Assembly: GCA_964016885.1 (NCBI GenBank)
Contig: OZ024741.1
Coordinates: 23,684,001 to 23,748,000, forward strand
Source: Eledone cirrhosa
Lineage: Eukaryota
DNA length: 64,000 bases
Direction of reading: 5' to 3'
Shown here: one piece after another, positions 62,451-64,000 of the stretch
Layout of the letters: the number at the start of each line of letters is the position of its first letter
How positions within the stretch are numbered: the stretch's first letter is position 1
The notes under the pieces: model-generated
Told to the model about the DNA's origin: nothing
The model's database searches: none
Seen by the model: only the letters and a program-made list of their open reading frames with translations
Translations under genes and position numbers: made by a program

Positions 62451-62699
62451 CTTGATATATATATATTTCTTCAAGGCTTCATGTGTGTCTGTGTTTGGCA
62501 GATCTTCTCTGGCACACCCATCACTTTACAGTATGTATTGTGTATATTTATTGTGCCGATTACCAACATTAGAAATTTGTCATGTCTTTGTCACAACTGA
62601 GGGATCCTCCCAGCCCTTTGACAAACATTCTCTGGCTGAAGGCCCTTCCTACCACCAACCACTTTACATCATGTACTGGGTGGATTTATTGTGTAGATC

Positions 62700-63330
62700 A
62701 TCTGTAACAATGCAGTCTTCTCTCTTGCACACTACATCCAAGTGTTTCCCCTCAGCTCACTTATGCTATGTCATTCATATACACTGTTACATCCAGTTCC
62801 TCTTATGCTATGTTGTTCATGCACACTAACATTAAACATCCATTGGAGCATACTCACTTCATTTCTTTCTAGCTAGCCATTGCAGGTCTTTGGCAATTAA
62901 GGCACATATTTCATTGCCATGTAATGTTGCAGTTCACATGCAGGCATCATACAGCCTACCCTTCACTCTAAAAGAGAAGCCTTTTATTGTCAGCAGAGGT
63001 ACTAGCTCCCTAAATTTTTCCAGCCTGTTCTGACCCTGACTGTCACACTTTCAATTTATCCTCCCCCACTGCTGATTAGGTTATGTAAGTAACGGAAGCT
63101 GTCAACAACTTCCAAGGAGCCTCCATTGGCAACTGAGGGAATCTATTTTACATTTATTCTTGGTGCTCATTCCTCCTGTACATTTACTACATACAAAGTC
63201 TTCTTCTATAACCTATATCTCTTGTACATCCATAGATTACACTGTGTTCATCTTATGGAATTCCTGCCTAACCCTTTTCTACATATAGAACAAGGCTACT
63301 TCCCTGATGGTATCAGCCTCCTGTCCTCTT
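62700..63330 (-). mobile_element. Degenerate PHD-type RTE fragment
   Basis: The minus strand reads PSGK*PCSICRKGLGRNS, SLEVVDSFRYL and KGFSFRVKGRLYDAC. Confidence 0.8.
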
Positions 63331-64000
63331 TCTTACTCCAGCATGGCCAAAGTCTAATGACTGAAACATAACAAAGGTCCTTACATTAAATTATGCTAGT
63401 TTTTAAGGTAGATATGAAGAAATGGAGAGAAAGTGATGTCCGAAGGAGTATCCTCCAGTTCCAACTAACTTACCCTCTGCCTATAGGTCCTGGCTGACAG
63501 GATGTAGAATACATTGATCCAGAGGATGGTGAGGGAGACACACTGGAACAGCGACTCCACTTCACGGGGCTCACAGATGTGGGCGGCCAACACTGCTCTG
63601 ATAGCAGTGAGTAGGGATGTGGTCAGGTGACGTAGTACACCAGAAGTCTACACTGCTACAGGCTCTACCACAAACATATCAAAGAGTGCCAGATACTTGG
63701 ACAGTTTGCCCTCTTCAGCTTGAATTTACTCACCTCTAGGTTTTCCTTCCAAGCTTAGAATTTTGCCTCTAATACTAAATTAGGAAGTATGAATGAGACT
63801 GAGTTGTTTGAGGAGCCAAGTAGGCAGTAACTCTTTATAAGAACTGGCTTGGACTGTAACAATTTGCCCAAAACATGCTACTGTGGCAAGCAAATGTAAA
63901 ACTATGATAAAGATGAGGACAATGATGATAATAGAGAGATATAACATTGGGTAGTTACTGTTAGCAATTGGTTGAATAAAAAGTTTCCAGAATTAAAAAT

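Noticed and set aside
63370-63800. GC-richer stretch that might be coding or LINE-derived
   Set aside because: I could not assign any motif or ORF, so it is left unannotated.

Overview
Animal genomic DNA; the SINE, MITE and RTE families look like those of coleoid cephalopods (Octopus-like), which is inferred from repeat content only. The ORF track misses the host gene: five coding exons of CCDC61 (VFL3, a centriolar SAS-6 paralogue) lie on the minus strand at 46130-45971, 35212-35130, 33859-33702, 32046-31941 and 30864-30827, with canonical GT-AG boundaries and consistent phases. The remaining exons must lie left of the window, so the 27.8 kb 56-bp satellite at 1-27810 (~497 copies, nested higher-order repeats of 949, 1511, 5311 and 6264 bp) probably sits in a CCDC61 intron. 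That satellite appears to have grown out of a V-domain tRNA SINE: its last monomers run into SINE sequence, which a 5'-truncated RTE LINE interrupts. Coding intron 1 holds an intact 1039-aa RTE LINE ORF (APE, RT, and a PHD-type finger inside the RT) and a 4.5 kb 34-bp minisatellite that seems to derive from RT coding sequence at an inversion junction in an older RTE copy. The rest is a dense graveyard of RTE, CRE-clade, mariner, hAT and piggyBac-like MITEs and SINEs, with two Penelope-type minimal hammerhead motifs near 52.1 and 52.5 kb and a candidate TATCGATA-rich promoter near 51.4 kb.
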